DNA of 32,000 nt from Coprobacillaceae bacterium (lineage in GTDB: Bacteria; Bacillota_I; Bacilli_A; Erysipelotrichales; Coprobacillaceae): NCBI GenBank assembly GCA_963675915.1, contig OY780959.1, forward strand, positions 1,590,001 through 1,622,000, read 5' to 3'. Made by a program: the position numbers and the translations under genes. Within the stretch, counting starts at the first letter, position 1. Each line of letters begins with the position of its first letter. A model generated the notes under the pieces. It was given only the letters and a program-made list of their open reading frames with translations. It did not search any database and was not told where the DNA came from. Below, one piece after another: positions 1-9,410 of this stretch.

Positions 1-3
1 TTA

Positions 4-312
4 TTATCCGTTAATTGCAGTAACAGTTAATTTTGTATAAGGTTGTCTGTGACCTTGTTTTTTATGATAATGTTTTTTAGCATTATATTTGAAAATAGTC
101 ACTTTCTTTTCTTTACCTTGTTTTTCAACTGTTGCAGTAACTGTTGCACCATCTAAATATGGAGCACCAATTTTAGCAGCTTCGTCACCGATGAATAATA
201 CTTTGTCAAAAGTAAAATCAGCTCCTGCTTCTACATCTAATTTTTCAACGAAAATAGTTGAACCTACTTCAACTTTTAATTGTTTTCCGCCTGTTTCAAT
301 AATTGCGTACAT
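4..312 (-). CDS. rplU: 50S ribosomal protein L21 (bL21)
   Basis: 102 aa plus TAA. The N-terminus [17 protein letters not shown] and the C-terminal HRQPYTK are classic L21. It is preceded by a structured leader and a sigma-A-like promoter. Confidence 0.97.
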   Translation of the reverse strand: MYAIIETGGKQLKVEVGSTIFVEKLDVEAGADFTFDKVLFIGDEAAKIGAPYLDGATVTATVEKQGKEKKVTIFKYNAKKHYHKKQGHRQPYTKLTVTAING

Positions 313-407
313 GCTTGCGCACCTCCTATGATTTTCTTAGACTCGCCAACCAAGGCAGCTTCCGCTTTGACACCTCTTATGCGCGGTTGTAGCTAGAGGT
401 CTACAAC
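313..407 (-). promoter_or_regulatory. structured 5-prime UTR of rplU (L21-leader-like)
   Basis: About 95 nt lie between the predicted TSS and the rplU ATG. Nested helices are visible on the minus strand (GTTGTAG...CTACAAC and ACCTCT...AGAGGT). Firmicutes carry an L21 autoregulatory leader at this position, but no covariance model could be run. Confidence 0.4.
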
Positions 408-413
408 ACAGGA

Positions 414-442
414 ATTTTACCACTAAATCAACCTGGTGTCAA
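414..442 (-). promoter_or_regulatory. sigma-A-type promoter of rplU
   Basis: Minus strand: TTGACA (442-437), 17-nt spacer, TAAAAT (419-414). Confidence 0.6.
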
Positions 443-449
443 CCATTAT

Positions 450-968
450 TTAATAAAAAGTTTGGTCAACTTCAAATGTTTTCAGTCGATCAACCACCAG
501 ATAGACCAACACCCCCACAATCAGGTTTCCAACCACGGTTGGAAGATAGCGCAAGGTGATGAACTGTTCGATTGAAAGATTGGTCCTTTGAAATACCGTA
601 TAGACAATAAAAGGAATAACCTGATTGATTGTGATCAATCCGATTGTGATGACCACACTCTCAAAAAAAGAAATCTTCCGGGTTTGGATATAGTGATTGA
701 CCAGGTAGGTGTCAATCACGAAAAGCCAGACATAAATGAACTGGGAATTGGCATAAATGATTGAATAGTACAGTCCCACCACCAGGGCATAGGCATACTG
801 GTGCCGGCGGGAAACCGTATTGACAACGTATGCGAACATGATCACTCCGACACTGGAGATATACTCGAACATATTCGAAATCCGATATGGCACAAAATAG
901 GTAATTGTCGAGTCGATTGCAAAAGCAACGACAAGAAATAGCGACAATCTGACAATTTTATTTTTCAT
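450..968 (-). CDS. mreD: rod shape-determining protein MreD (polytopic membrane protein)
   Basis: Hydrophobic 172-aa product immediately after mreC. Start chosen at MKNKIVRL (ATG 968-966) behind AAAGAGG. The 13-codon upstream extension in the ORF track overlaps mreC. Confidence 0.7.
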   Translation of the reverse strand: MKNKIVRLSLFLVVAFAIDSTITYFVPYRISNMFEYISSVGVIMFAYVVNTVSRRHQYAYALVVGLYYSIIYANSQFIYVWLFVIDTYLVNHYIQTRKISFFESVVITIGLITINQVIPFIVYTVFQRTNLSIEQFITLRYLPTVVGNLIVGVLVYLVVDRLKTFEVDQTFY

Positions 969-969
969 A

Positions 970-1806
970 TCAGCCTCTTTGGACCACGGAAATGTATTCC
1001 AGGTCATTCAGATTTGCTGCCAGTTTGACCAACAGGACTTTTCTGGTCGCATCACCATAGTCATGAAGCCGCAAAGTGGTTCCCACAAAAATCCCCTTGG
1101 GTGCCTTGTCCTGTCCGCCAAGTCCCGATGTGTAGACCTTGATATCCGGTTGGATAACCTCGACATTGGTCAAAACATTTATCACCAGCGCTTCATTTTC
1201 ATCATCATAACCTTCAACCAGACCGTAGCAGACAGTGCCGTCTTCGACCGTGAACATAATTGGTACTTCATTGACATAATTTCCGGAAGTAAGCAACATG
1301 ACGTTGGCTGTTATCGGTGTCGTTGACGTGATTACTCCGACCATCCCCATATTGTTTACCACCACCATGTCCTTGGAAAGGCCACTGTTTTCACCACCAT
1401 TGATGGTGATTTCATCATCCCATTTGTCAAAAGACCGCGTCATCAGCGAGAAAGTCTTGACCTGATACTCAGTTGGCAGATGTTCCAGATCCAACTGTTC
1501 TTTTAGTTCATTCAGCTCATTGGCCAGGACATCCGTATTCGCCTCGATTGAAGCATAGGAATTCAGTTTTTCTTGAAGCAACCGGTTTTCGTTGTATACA
1601 TCGGTCACCGCATGGATTTCTTCAAATATATTTGCAACCATTTCCAATGGCTGTTTGACTACATAATATTCTATCGAGGCTACTGTATCATGCAAAACCG
1701 ACTCCAAATACGTACGATTCCGGCTCGTCAATGATTGAACGGTAACCACTACCAGACTAAAAACAATTATTACAACCAAAATCGTTCTTACCAAGTTGTT
1801 TTTCAA
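970..1806 (-). CDS. mreC: rod shape-determining protein MreC
   Basis: N-terminal TM segment, coiled-coil region (LNELKEQLDLE), then a beta-rich C-terminus with TSGLGG..PKGI.VG typical of MreC. Start placed at TTG 1806 behind GAGGTGA; the ORF is open up to 1854. Confidence 0.85.
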   Translation of the reverse strand: MKNNLVRTILVVIIVFSLVVVTVQSLTSRNRTYLESVLHDTVASIEYYVVKQPLEMVANIFEEIHAVTDVYNENRLLQEKLNSYASIEANTDVLANELNELKEQLDLEHLPTEYQVKTFSLMTRSFDKWDDEITINGGENSGLSKDMVVVNNMGMVGVITSTTPITANVMLLTSGNYVNEVPIMFTVEDGTVCYGLVEGYDDENEALVINVLTNVEVIQPDIKVYTSGLGGQDKAPKGIFVGTTLRLHDYGDATRKVLLVKLAANLNDLEYISVVQRG

Positions 1807-1855
1807 ATAAATCACCTCGAAAAATATTATACAAACAAAAGCCCAAAAAAGCAAT

Positions 1856-2533
1856 TCAATTCGAGTTGATTAGCCGGTCAGTCAAAATGCTGTAGTAACA
1901 ATTTTCGCCGAAAATCAAATGATCAACCAATTCCAGTCCAAGTTCCTCCGCCTGACGCTGGAGTATTTTGGTTGCTTCGATGTCATAAGGCGAAGGTCGG
2001 GGATTTCCGCTGGGATGATTGTGAATCACGATGAACCGGCCCGATCCCGATTTGAGAACTTCCCGGAGAATATCCTTGATTGAGAAAATCGAACTGTCGC
2101 TTGAACCGATGTGGATCAGTTTTTCACTGACCAATTGCAATGTCGCCGAGAGGCAGAGTAACACGACCTTCTCCTGCGATTCAAGTTGCAGTTTGCCGCC
2201 AAGATAACGATAAATCACTTGGGGTGAGTCAAGTACCAGGCGCGCTCCTTTATAACCGCTCATCAACCGTTTGGAAAGTTCAATCACAGCCATCAGTTCA
2301 ACCGCCTTGACCTCGCCGATTCCCTTGATTTGCTTTAGTTCCGTCATTGAAAGATCGACCAGGCCTTCGATTCCATCAGCTTCGCTTAGAAGGAGTCCCG
2401 CCAACTCCAGCACCGAATTTTCCCGGGTACCGGTTCTTAACAGGATGGCCATGAGTTCCTGATTGGATAGAGTTGCAATCCCCAGCCGCCGGGCTTTTTC
2501 GCGGGGACGTTCCCTTAGTGGGGTTTTTAGCAT
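1856..2533 (-). CDS. radC: RadC-family JAMM protein (UPF0758)
   Basis: N-terminus MLKTPLRERPREKARRLGIATLSNQELMAILLRTGT and the JAMM motif HNHPSGNPRPSPYD. ATG at 2533; the longer ORF to 2653 is an unsupported extension. Confidence 0.9.
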   Translation of the reverse strand: MLKTPLRERPREKARRLGIATLSNQELMAILLRTGTRENSVLELAGLLLSEADGIEGLVDLSMTELKQIKGIGEVKAVELMAVIELSKRLMSGYKGARLVLDSPQVIYRYLGGKLQLESQEKVVLLCLSATLQLVSEKLIHIGSSDSSIFSIKDILREVLKSGSGRFIVIHNHPSGNPRPSPYDIEATKILQRQAEELGLELVDHLIFGENCYYSILTDRLINSN

Positions 2534-2561
2534 GACCAAAAGGCACTCGAAGTGCCCTTGG

Positions 2562-2726
2562 TTATCGCGACCATTCCATGGAAATGAACCACGGTACTGA
2601 AATCCTTCCCCGCGAGCTGGTGAAAATCTTGTATACCCCGGTACCCACGACAATACAGATCAGAACTGTTCCCAATCCAAACCCGGCCGAAATCATTTGT
2701 TGTTGCTCTGGTGTTAATTCTTGCAT
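2562..2726 (-). CDS. small hydrophobic peptide (54 aa) with a leader-like N-terminus
   Basis: AAGGAG, 6 nt, then ATG. Sequence is MQELTPEQQQMISAG followed by FGLGTVLICIVVGTGVYKIF. It fits exactly between the valS terminator region and the radC start. Confidence 0.4.
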   Translation of the reverse strand: MQELTPEQQQMISAGFGLGTVLICIVVGTGVYKIFTSSRGRISVPWFISMEWSR

Positions 2727-2795
2727 CTTGTTCTCCTTTACCATTCATCTCTCATCAATGATATACAGGGATCACCAGTCGTTTACTCGAGAAAA

Positions 2796-2822
2796 CAAAA
2801 AAAGGATGAAATTAATCATCCT
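2796..2822 (-). terminator. rho-independent terminator after valS
   Basis: Minus strand AGGATGA-loop-TCATCCT followed by TTTTTTTG. The stem overlaps the valS stop codon. Confidence 0.7.
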
Positions 2823-5439
2823 AATATTTTTCAAGCTGTGCCATGATAGCGTCATATTTTGATTTGTAGTCGGCCAGTTTGGCTTTTTCTTCATTGACTT
2901 TGGCTTCAGGAGCTTTTGCCAGGAAGCGCTCATTGGAAAGCATTTTTTCACAACGGGCGATTTCGTTTTGCATTTTTTTGGCTTGGTCTTCAAGTTTCGC
3001 TTTTTCAGCTTCCTTGTCGACATAATCACCAAGTTCAACCACGATTGACTGACCGCCTTTGATGGTCACGATTGCCACATCATCACTGTGTTCAACATTG
3101 ACACCTTTGCAAGTCGAGTTGGTCAGTTTTTTGATATACAGATCAACTGACTGCAGCAATTCAGTAATATTGTCATCATTTGACTCAATCGAGTAAACCA
3201 CTTCGATGCTGTTTTTGATTGTATAGTTGGCACGGATATCACGGATACCTTTGATCACATCAATGACATATGCGAATTTGTCATTTACTTCATCATCATT
3301 GAAATCTTCATTCACTTCCGGATAAGAAGCGATTGTGATTGATTCTTCAAGATGCGGTAAAGTTTGGTAGATTTCTTCAGTCATGAACGGCATGAATGGG
3401 TGAAGCAGTCGGACGATTGAATTCATCACGTAAACAAGAGTGTTTTTAGTTGCTTCTTTTTCAGTTTCATTATCGCTGTTAAGATGTGCTTTGGCAAGCT
3501 CGATATACCAAGAACAGAAATCATCCCAGATGAACTGATGCAGAGTTGATCCGACAACTACGAATTCGAATTTTTCCATATTGGCATCGACTTCTTCGAT
3601 AACCTCATTCAAACGGTTCAAAATCCATTTGTCGCACAAGTTCAGGTTCTCAAATTTAAGGTCTTCATATTTAAGATCATCATCGATATTCATCAAGACA
3701 AAACGGGCTGAGTTCCAGATTTTGTTGATGAAGTTCCAAGCCGATTCCAGTTTGTCCGGAATGAAACGCAAATCCATCCCCGGAGCCGAGTTGGTAGTCA
3801 AAAAGTATCTCAGGGTGTCAGCGCCATATTGGTCGATAACATCCATCGGATCGATCCCGTTACCCAGGGATTTCGACATTTTAACCCCGTTGGCATCACG
3901 GATCAGACCATGAATCAACACGTCATTGAATGGGCGTTGATCGGTGAAGTGCAGTGATTGGAAAATCATTCTACTTACCCAGAAGAAGATGATGTCATAT
4001 CCGGTAACCAGCGTGTTGGTCGGGAAATAACGTTGGAACATCTCACTGTCGGTATTAGGCCACCCAAGCGTCGAGAAAGGCCACAGCGCTGAAGAGAACC
4101 AAGTATCCAGAACATCTTCATCCTGAGTGTAGTTTTCGATATCTTCAGGCGGATTTTTTGAGACAACGACTTCACCGGTTTCATTATGATACCAAGCCGG
4201 GATTCGATGACCCCACCATAACTGACGTGATACACACCAGTCTTCGATGTTTTCCATCCAATTGTTGAATGTTTTTTCAAAACGTTCCGGTACGAAACTT
4301 ACTTTGCCGTCAGTCTGTTGGTTAGCCAAAGAAGCTTCTGCCAATGGTTCCATTTTTACGAACCATTGTTTAGAAAGATATGGTTCGACAATCGCATCAG
4401 AACGTTCCGAATGTCCAACCTGATGGACTATTTCCTCGATATGGTCAACCACACCGGCTGCCTTGAAGTCCGCCAATAAGGCCTTACGACACTCAAAACG
4501 GTCCATTCCTTCATATTTGTGAGCCAATTCATTCATGGTTCCATCAGGATTCATACAGATTGGCATTCCAAGATCATATTTTTTACCTAAGATAAAGTCA
4601 TTAGGGTCATGGGCCGGAGTACATTTCATTACTGCAGTTCCAAAGTCCATGTCGATGTAATCATCAGCCATGATCGGCAACGCTTCACCGTTAGCCGGGT
4701 TGATTGCTTTTTTCCCGATAATATCCTGATATCTCTCATCATCAGGATGGACGAAAATCGCCGTATCCCCGAACATTGTTTCCGGACGGGTAGTCGCGAT
4801 AATCAGCTCGCGGTCATCTTCAGCCATTTTATATTTGAAATAATACATTGCTCCATTTACTTCTTTATGGATAACTTCGATATTTGAAAGAGCCGTTTTT
4901 TGAACCGGATCCCAGTTGATGATTCTTTCGCCACGGTACATCAGTCCTTCTTCGTAAAGTTTGACGAAGACTTCCGTTACCGCATCATTCAACCCTTGGT
5001 CAAGGGTGAATCTCTCTTTGGAATAATCGAGTGACAATCCCAATTTTTCCCATTGTTGGCGGATAATCGCCGCATACTCTTCTTTCCAAGCCCATGATTG
5101 TTCCAGGAACTTTTCACGACCGAGGTCATAACGGGAAATTCCCTGTTCACGCAGACGGGCATCTACTTTGGCCTGAGTTGCAATTCCGGCATGATCCATC
5201 CCCGGTAGCCATAAAGCATCATATCCTTGCATTCTTTTATGACGGATGATCATATCCTGAAGAGTAGTATCCCAGGCATGCCCCAAGTGCAATTTTCCGG
5301 TTACATTCGGTGGCGGAATAACGATTGAATAAGGTTTCTTGCTGGTGTCGCCAGCTTCGAAATACTTCTTCTCCAGCCATTCTTGATATTTTCCGGCTTC
5401 TACAGCCTTATGATCATATTTACTTGCTAATTGTTTCAT
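2821..5439 (-). CDS. valS: valine--tRNA ligase
   Basis: 872 aa with the HIGH motif ([14 protein letters not shown]), the KMSKS motif (KMSKSLGN) and the C-terminal coiled coil typical of ValRS. Confidence 0.98.
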   Translation of the reverse strand: MKQLASKYDHKAVEAGKYQEWLEKKYFEAGDTSKKPYSIVIPPPNVTGKLHLGHAWDTTLQDMIIRHKRMQGYDALWLPGMDHAGIATQAKVDARLREQGISRYDLGREKFLEQSWAWKEEYAAIIRQQWEKLGLSLDYSKERFTLDQGLNDAVTEVFVKLYEEGLMYRGERIINWDPVQKTALSNIEVIHKEVNGAMYYFKYKMAEDDRELIIATTRPETMFGDTAIFVHPDDERYQDIIGKKAINPANGEALPIMADDYIDMDFGTAVMKCTPAHDPNDFILGKKYDLGMPICMNPDGTMNELAHKYEGMDRFECRKALLADFKAAGVVDHIEEIVHQVGHSERSDAIVEPYLSKQWFVKMEPLAEASLANQQTDGKVSFVPERFEKTFNNWMENIEDWCVSRQLWWGHRIPAWYHNETGEVVVSKNPPEDIENYTQDEDVLDTWFSSALWPFSTLGWPNTDSEMFQRYFPTNTLVTGYDIIFFWVSRMIFQSLHFTDQRPFNDVLIHGLIRDANGVKMSKSLGNGIDPMDVIDQYGADTLRYFLTTNSAPGMDLRFIPDKLESAWNFINKIWNSARFVLMNIDDDLKYEDLKFENLNLCDKWILNRLNEVIEEVDANMEKFEFVVVGSTLHQFIWDDFCSWYIELAKAHLNSDNETEKEATKNTLVYVMNSIVRLLHPFMPFMTEEIYQTLPHLEESITIASYPEVNEDFNDDEVNDKFAYVIDVIKGIRDIRANYTIKNSIEVVYSIESNDDNITELLQSVDLYIKKLTNSTCKGVNVEHSDDVAIVTIKGGQSIVVELGDYVDKEAEKAKLEDQAKKMQNEIARCEKMLSNERFLAKAPEAKVNEEKAKLADYKSKYDAIMAQLEKY

Positions 5440-5448
5440 AATTTCTCC

Positions 5449-6087
5449 TTAATTCTCGATAAATAACGAAGCATTTTCGCCCACATATTCATTGATAGTA
5501 CTCAAAAAAGCTTCCTGACGGATAAATGAGATCAACTCTTCTTTGAAGTCACTCAAATTATATGAAGAATACGCCCCTTCTTCGTTTTCCACATCAGTTT
5601 CCCCGACTGAATAACGATAATATTCGATTGCCTCAAAGAAGCAATCCTTAAGCTCGAATTGTTTGACATCGGTGAACAGTTCCTCAAGGTCTTTGACGAA
5701 CATCGAACCTTCTTGAGAGGTCATGAATCTTTCGATCGAACCTTTATGGGTAAGTTCCCGTTCCAACAGATAGAGACCGTAAATTTTTCGTTCCGGCTTG
5801 GTGATATAATCATGGAATGAAACATCCGGATCATCAATTTTAAAATATTCATCTTCCTTACTCATCAAATGATAAAGGATTACATGAGTATAATTCCCAT
5901 CAGGTGCATTTTCCAAGTCTTCCAAAGAAATCACCCGGTATTTTTCCTTCATCTGTTCGATAGTATCCATTGCGTCTTGACTTCTTTTCTTGGCCTTGGT
6001 ATATCTTTTCGCATAAAAAAGGACAACCCCAAGAACTACTACTGCTGTTAATGATAAAAATAATAAATCCTGCATCGCTGCGCTCAT
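5449..6087 (-). CDS. hypothetical N-terminally membrane-anchored protein (213 aa), co-transcribed with valS
   Basis: Start MSAAMQDLLFLSLTAVVVLGVVLF behind AGGAGG. Its TAA stop overlaps the valS Shine-Dalgarno (TAAGGAG). The 31 upstream codons in the ORF track are actually the T-box terminator. Confidence 0.75.
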   Translation of the reverse strand: MSAAMQDLLFLSLTAVVVLGVVLFYAKRYTKAKKRSQDAMDTIEQMKEKYRVISLEDLENAPDGNYTHVILYHLMSKEDEYFKIDDPDVSFHDYITKPERKIYGLYLLERELTHKGSIERFMTSQEGSMFVKDLEELFTDVKQFELKDCFFEAIEYYRYSVGETDVENEEGAYSSYNLSDFKEELISFIRQEAFLSTINEYVGENASLFIEN

Positions 6088-6102
6088 CGCTTTTTCCTCC
6101 TG

Positions 6103-6329
6103 AAATAAAAAAAGACCGTCCTGATAAGGACGATCATAATTATCGCGGTACCACCTTAATTCCTGCCGGTTCCCCGACAAGCTCTCAAAACCTTAACGCG
6201 GTCAAACGTGAAAACTTACTTAGGTTCAGTCTCCAGGCTCCTTGGCTACCTTCTTAAAGCTTCTCTCCTCTTTCACACCATCCAAGAGGTCTCTTTGAAA
6301 TCCACTTTAGTACTCCTCCAAATCATTGC
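6103..6329 (-). promoter_or_regulatory. T-box leader (tRNA-sensing riboswitch), probable Val specifier
   Basis: Minus strand contains the conserved T-box sequence AATTAAGGTGGTACCGCG (core at 6144-6155). It is followed by terminator GATCGTCC-TTATCA-GGACGGTC plus a T-run (6103-6135). Stem I has an AGAGA motif, and GUA sits at the 3-prime side of the putative specifier loop (GAAGGUAG). Confidence 0.85.
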
Positions 6330-6335
6330 CATATA

Positions 6336-6364
6336 ATTCTAACACGGAAAATTTGAAAAATCAA
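6336..6364 (-). promoter_or_regulatory. promoter of the T-box/valS operon
   Basis: Minus strand TTGATT (6364-6359), 17 nt, TAGAAT (6341-6336), preceded by a TG extended -10 element. Confidence 0.6.
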
Positions 6365-6367
6365 CGA

Positions 6368-6967
6368 CTAGTCGAAATTTACATCACATAAGTCATAGAT
6401 GGCTTGCCAAGCCTGATCGATTCCAACTTTTTTCAGTGAAGAAAAACGGATAAATCGGTCATTTTCATCGAAATCCAGTTTTTCTTTGATTCTTTTTTCA
6501 AACTTTTTCAGTTCGTTTCTTTTGATTTTGTCTTCTTTGGTCGCCACCACAATCACTGGAAGGTCGTAATATTTGACATACTCATACATCGTCACATCAT
6601 CATTGGTTGGAACATGACGGTAATCGACCAATAGAATCATCCCCTTGAGCGTTTTTCGCTTGGTGATATAAGTGTCAATCATCTTCCCGAACGATGCCTG
6701 GATGTGCTCCGGAACTTTGGCATAGCCGTATCCGGGAACATCGACGAATCGCAGTTCATCATTGACATTATAGAAGTTCAATGTCCGGGTTTTCCCGGGA
6801 TTAGATGAAACTTTTGCCAATCCGCTTCGATTAAGCATTGTATTGATGAATGAAGATTTTCCGACATTTGAGCGTCCTGCCAGACAGATTTCCGGAAGAT
6901 CCTCCTCAGGCCATTGCGACTCCCAGGCCGCCGACAAAATATATTCAGATTTTTTTATTTTAGCCAT
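6368..6967 (-). CDS. engB: ribosome biogenesis GTPase EngB/YsxC
   Basis: 199 aa with G1 motif GRSNVGKSS and DVPGYG. It lies downstream of lon, as in Bacillus. Confidence 0.95.
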   Translation of the reverse strand: MAKIKKSEYILSAAWESQWPEEDLPEICLAGRSNVGKSSFINTMLNRSGLAKVSSNPGKTRTLNFYNVNDELRFVDVPGYGYAKVPEHIQASFGKMIDTYITKRKTLKGMILLVDYRHVPTNDDVTMYEYVKYYDLPVIVVATKEDKIKRNELKKFEKRIKEKLDFDENDRFIRFSSLKKVGIDQAWQAIYDLCDVNFD

Positions 6968-7017
6968 ATTAACATCCTCGCTTTAAAGACAGTATAACAA
7001 TTAATTGGAAAAACACA

Positions 7018-7045
7018 AGAAAAAATCACTACACTAGGTAGTGAT
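7018..7045 (-). terminator. terminator or attenuator after lon
   Basis: Minus strand ATCACTAC-loop-GTAGTGAT followed by TTTTTC. Confidence 0.55.
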
Positions 7046-9363
7046 TATAAATACGCATGTTCAAAGACTGTATCGACATGTTCTGCCAATACGATTTCGA
7101 TTTCATCACGAACTTCTGATGGGATGTCTTCGATATCCTTCTCATTTTGAGATGGGATGATAATCTTCTTGATTCCTGAACGGTGAGCTGAGATTGCTTT
7201 TTCTTTCAATCCGCCAATGGCCAGAACGTCACCACGTAAAGTGATTTCTCCGGTCATCGCAATATCATCACGGACTAACTTACCGCTGAATGATGAATAG
7301 ATTGCTGTTGTCAAAGAAACTCCGGCACTAGGTCCATCTTTTTTAACCGCTCCTTCAGGAACGTGGATATGGATATCAAATTTATCGAATTCGATCCCTT
7401 CCAAATCGTATTTTTCGACATTGGCTTTCAGGTAATCCAGGGCAATCGATGCCGATTCCTTCATAACATCACCAAGTTGTCCGGTGATGATGAATTTCCC
7501 GGAACCTTTGAAGTGATTGACTTCTATTGGAAGAATATCTCCTCCGAATTGAGTCCACGCCAAGCCGGTAACAACACCGACTGTCGGTTCTTTTTGTTTC
7601 TTAGTATGGGTATATGGTGCTTTTGAAAGGATTCTTTCCAAATCTTCCACATCAACCGCAACACTTTCCTTACCATCTTTAAGGATTTCAAGGACTGCTT
7701 TACGGCAAACTTTGGCAAGCAGACGTTCAAGTGAACGAACTCCGGCCTCACGAGTATAATGACGAATGATTTCCATAATCGCCGCATCTGTGATGGTCAA
7801 CTGACCATCTTTAAGCCCATGCATTTCGCTTTGTTTTCTGATTAGATTGTTTTTGGCAATCATCAGTTTTTCCTGTTCGGTATAACTTGACAGTTCGATG
7901 ATTTCCAAACGGTCCAATAATGGTGCTGGTATGGTTCCCAGATCATTCGCAGTTGCAATGAACAGTACTTTTGACAAGTCATATGGTTCTTCCAGGTAGT
8001 TGTCCGAGAAGAAACTGTTTTGTTCTGGATCTAGAACTTCAAGCATGGCACTAGTAGGATCACCTTTGTAATCACTTGCCATTTTATCAATTTCATCAAG
8101 CAGGAATACCGGATTGACTACTCCGGCTTTTTTCATTGACTGAATGATTCTTCCCGGCATTGACCCCAGGTAAGTACGACGATGTCCACGGACTTCCGCT
8201 TCATCACGAACCCCACCGAGACTGGCTTTGACGAATTCACGTCCCAACGCTCTGGCAATCGATTTGGACAATGATGTTTTCCCGACACCCGGTGGCCCAG
8301 CCAGACAGATGATCGGTGCTTTCAATGATTTGGTCATTTGTTTTACTGCAAGATGTTCGATGATTCTTTCTTTTACTTTTTCAAGTCCGTAGTGATCTTC
8401 ATCAAGAACAACCTGCACATGGTTGATATCTTCGATATCTTCAGTTTCCTGATACCAAGGGATTTTCATCATCCAGTCGATATAGTTGCGGACAACGTTC
8501 GACTCGGAACTTGCCTGAGGCATCGCTTCAAAACGACGGAGTTCCTCAAGGATTTTTTTCTTGATATGGTCAGGGTATGGGTTTTCTTCCAGTTCCTTAC
8601 GGATATAACTTGCGTCATCTTCCTTGTCAACTGTATCACCCAACTCTTCACGAATAGCTTTTAGCTTTTCACGAAGATAGAATTCCCGCTGGTTCTCATC
8701 AACTGATTCACGAACTTTGCGGTTGATTTCTTCCTCGATCAATGTGATTGAACTTTCTTGTTCCACTGTTTGAGCAACAAGCAACAAACGTTCATTGATA
8801 TTGAATGTTTCTAAGATGTTTTGTTTTCTTTGTAAACTACAAGGAAGGTACATAGCCAGGGTGTCCGCCAATTCACTTGGACTCACTCCGCCTTCCAATC
8901 TGTTGATTGCAACAGTCGGCATATGAGGCAGATATTTCTGACTTTCCTGGAAATATTGGGTCAGTTTACGTACCAACGCAACTTCTTCGTCACCATTTCC
9001 ACGAACATCTTCCACAATTTCCCCGTTGGCATAGATTGTCTCATCGGTGAATTCATAGTTCGATACTTTGAAACGTTCGACACCTCTCACAGTGACTCTG
9101 ATAGAGCCCTGAGTGGCACGACGGATCTTTTTGGAAATTTTACATAAAGTAGCTGTGTAATATACGTCTTGTTCGGTAGGATTTTCTACTACGGGGTCGA
9201 TTTGGGAAACCATGATAATGTTATCCTCAAAATCGTCATGTGCTTGCTCAACCGCTTCTAATGAAAGTGGGCGGCCGACATCTAACGTTAACTTATTGTT
9301 AGGATAAACAATCATTCCACGAGTAAAGATTACCGGGTATCTAAGTGTTGTTTGTTCACTCAT
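7045..9363 (-). CDS. lon: ATP-dependent Lon protease
   Basis: 772 aa with Walker A GPPGVGKTSL and the protease serine motif DGPSAG. Confidence 0.98.
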   Translation of the reverse strand: MSEQTTLRYPVIFTRGMIVYPNNKLTLDVGRPLSLEAVEQAHDDFEDNIIMVSQIDPVVENPTEQDVYYTATLCKISKKIRRATQGSIRVTVRGVERFKVSNYEFTDETIYANGEIVEDVRGNGDEEVALVRKLTQYFQESQKYLPHMPTVAINRLEGGVSPSELADTLAMYLPCSLQRKQNILETFNINERLLLVAQTVEQESSITLIEEEINRKVRESVDENQREFYLREKLKAIREELGDTVDKEDDASYIRKELEENPYPDHIKKKILEELRRFEAMPQASSESNVVRNYIDWMMKIPWYQETEDIEDINHVQVVLDEDHYGLEKVKERIIEHLAVKQMTKSLKAPIICLAGPPGVGKTSLSKSIARALGREFVKASLGGVRDEAEVRGHRRTYLGSMPGRIIQSMKKAGVVNPVFLLDEIDKMASDYKGDPTSAMLEVLDPEQNSFFSDNYLEEPYDLSKVLFIATANDLGTIPAPLLDRLEIIELSSYTEQEKLMIAKNNLIRKQSEMHGLKDGQLTITDAAIMEIIRHYTREAGVRSLERLLAKVCRKAVLEILKDGKESVAVDVEDLERILSKAPYTHTKKQKEPTVGVVTGLAWTQFGGDILPIEVNHFKGSGKFIITGQLGDVMKESASIALDYLKANVEKYDLEGIEFDKFDIHIHVPEGAVKKDGPSAGVSLTTAIYSSFSGKLVRDDIAMTGEITLRGDVLAIGGLKEKAISAHRSGIKKIIIPSQNEKDIEDIPSEVRDEIEIVLAEHVDTVFEHAYL

Positions 9364-9381
9364 AAGTTTTCCTCCTTGTTT

Positions 9382-9403
9382 AAAAAGACGCCTTAGCGTC
9401 TTT
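9382..9403 (-). terminator. hairpin plus T-run between tig and lon
   Basis: Minus strand GACGC-TAAG-GCGTC followed by TTTTTAAAC. Confidence 0.45.
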
Positions 9404-9410
9404 GGATTAT

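Noticed and set aside
1856-2862. Long N-terminal extension of radC (to 2653) and the overlapping ORFs 2527-2748 (-) and 2578-2862 (+)
   Set aside because: The RadC homology begins at MLKTPL (ATG 2533). The extension has no RadC-like sequence and overlaps a better-supported SD-preceded small ORF. The + strand ORF is antisense and runs over the valS terminator.
6088-6180. First 31 codons of the 243-aa ORF-track protein (MSGNRQELRWYRDNYDRPYQDGLFLFQEEKA)
   Set aside because: This stretch is the T-box antiterminator/terminator (GGTGGTACCGCG plus hairpin and T-run) read as protein. The real start is ATG 6087 behind AGGAGG.
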